Part shown: one piece after another, positions 51,861 to 53,817 of the stretch
How the letters are laid out: each line of letters begins with the position of its first letter
Numbering within the stretch: the stretch's first letter is position 1
Assembly: GCA_001938485.1 (NCBI GenBank)
Contig: MQRK01232042.1
Location: 1 to 53,817 of the forward strand
Length of the DNA: 53,817 nucleotides
Origin: Girardia tigrina
Lineage: Eukaryota
Direction: 5' to 3'
Program-made: the position numbers and the translations under genes
The notes under the pieces: generated by a model
Database searches by the model: none
Told to the model about the DNA's origin: nothing
Seen by the model: the letters and a program-made list of their open reading frames with translations, nothing else

Positions 51861-53704
51861 ACCACAGTGTAAAATTTGTTGCAAATTGTAAATTGATGTT
51901 TTCAATCAACTCAGAGATGCTTCTGTCATTACAATTTACAAAGTAATTATATTTCAGGTTTAGGGAATTATTTTATATTTCTAATTTTTATTTTTTAAAT
52001 AATTTATATTTCTGATAACGGATTTACTTCTTATAAAATTTAAGGATTTCAAATATACAATTAAATGTAATTTCATTTTTAATTAAAAGTTTTTGCATCA
52101 ATTGTTTGTTGAAAATTAGCACCATTCTTCAAAATTATTACTATTTAATAATATGAGGCATTTTCATTCATTTTATTTCCTAGAGCCTGTAAAACATAGA
52201 CAGAAATAACGATGGAGTAAGGCCATTATGAAGTAAAAACCCTTTCATATTTCTTTTCTCTCTTCAAATATACATGATAAAGAACCATTTTCACAAAAAT
52301 GATAGCAACTTCTTGAAAATATATTCTTAGCACATATTCTAGCTGTTATTATTTGATGTTACTGTTCATCACAGTTATTTTTTTAGCTATCTAACAGTTT
52401 ACCAGTTCCTTTGCAAATATCACCACATCTTTCTTTATTAATACAACATAAAATATCATTTTTATAAATTATTAGGCAGATTAATAACAAAATTTAATTT
52501 ACAAACCGGGTACAAAGTATATTTATTAATTATGAGGAGTTAACTTAAATTTGCATTTCGCCAAAATAATTTATTATTTTTTTAATTTGAAAGTTTAAAA
52601 AAAGTAAATAAATACAAAAGTTTTAAAATTAAAATTGATATAATAAAGAAAACCATCAAAAATTAAATACTTTCTTAAAAATAAACAAATGTTTACAATT
52701 ATAAAAATTGATATATTTTAATAAAAGTTTTGCAATAATTTTAGATCAATTTTTAAAAAAGTTTTTAAATAAATTTTAAAATAAATAATAAACGAATTAA
52801 ACTATAATATTTTAAGAAATAATTTTTTAAATAAAAAGCTTACGGTAAATTTAAATTAATTAGTTTTAGGATAAAATTCTATAAAAATTTTAGTTTTAAT
52901 TTCAAAAATAATTTTATTAATTTAAAGTTTTAAAATTTATTAAATTTTAAAAATTGAATTGGAAGAAAAATTGAATAGATTAATTTTGGCGAAATAAGTG
53001 AATTAGCAAGAAATTTGTTTATTTATGTGAATTATTGTCATTAATAAAATTTTGGTGTTAAATTATGAATCTTGATTCTAGTGATAACGAAAGTGGCATA
53101 AACGCTACTTGAGGTAGATTGTGATTCATTACATAAATAACGTCTATTAATTCTTGTAGACAAAAAATAATCTTCAGTATTGGAAAAATAATCTATATAG
53201 AATAAAAAGAGAACTAATCTTTAGAATTAAAAAATCGGCTATCTTATCCTTCTTTGTAGAAAAGCTTGAATTAATCCGTTTGGTCTTTTAAATCTATTAT
53301 AAACATCTTTACTGGCTTGAATCAAATGAGTAGTGTTTTATTCATCAGTAAAGAAGTTAATTTTAATGTTAATATTTTCAGATTTTGTCTGCAAATACTT
53401 TTACCACAACATTAAGCTGAAAAAGGTGAACACTTTAAAAAGAAAAATAAAAATATTCGACAGATGAAAACGTTGGTGAAAACGAAGAGAAATTTCCTGA
53501 TTTCTATAATGAATTAGGTTTATTCATATGTTTGATTTTTGATTAAAAAACTTCTAAAAATATATGCCCAAAAATGGAGTATCTTATACACGCTTCAATA
53601 CTGTTAATAGTTACTAATAATTAAATTTTTATTTATCAATATAAAAAATATATAAAAAATTGGTTTAATTTCTTTTATATTAAAAAAACACGCATATAGA
53701 CATA

Positions 53705-53817
53705 CAGTAGCGCTCAAAAATAACCGGACGAAGTGAAAATTGGCTATATCTCTTGAATGGTATTAAATATATTAATGAAATTTTGCCAAAATGTGTAGCT
53801 TAACAGTTTGATATCTT
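53705..53817. mobile_element. Tc1-like terminus running off the window
   Basis: TA followed by cagtagcgctcaaaaataaccggac. Confidence 0.5.

Noticed and set aside
52180-52460. Cys-rich minus-strand reading (LCCINKERCGDICKGTGKL)
   Set aside because: Multiple stops; possibly a FLYWCH/MULE relic but too weak to call, and not a usable host exon.

Overview
Very AT-rich eukaryotic (probably invertebrate metazoan) draft-assembly DNA with four N gaps; the 47-nt GT-AG intron and TE mix would fit a flatworm, but the organism cannot be established from this window. It is mostly a transposon graveyard: many Tc1/mariner relics (one near-complete mariner at 10018-11306 and one Tc1 at 21083-22411), three hAT elements (one full-length with a perfect 8-bp TSD, one with spliceosomal introns), MULE, pogo, piggyBac-type MITEs, a Gypsy integrase relic, solo LTRs and LINE relics. 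A Penelope-like element has an inverted 3' duplication, each arm carrying a minimal hammerhead ribozyme motif; a third, covarying hammerhead lies in a second Penelope relic near 49.2 kb. Host-gene signal is sparse: two spliced 3' exons of an unidentified minus-strand gene (46844-47209) and a candidate plus-strand terminal exon resembling a GPI-anchor signal (29513-29618). I recognised no rRNA, tRNA or CRISPR. All calls come from manual reading and translation; no database search was run.
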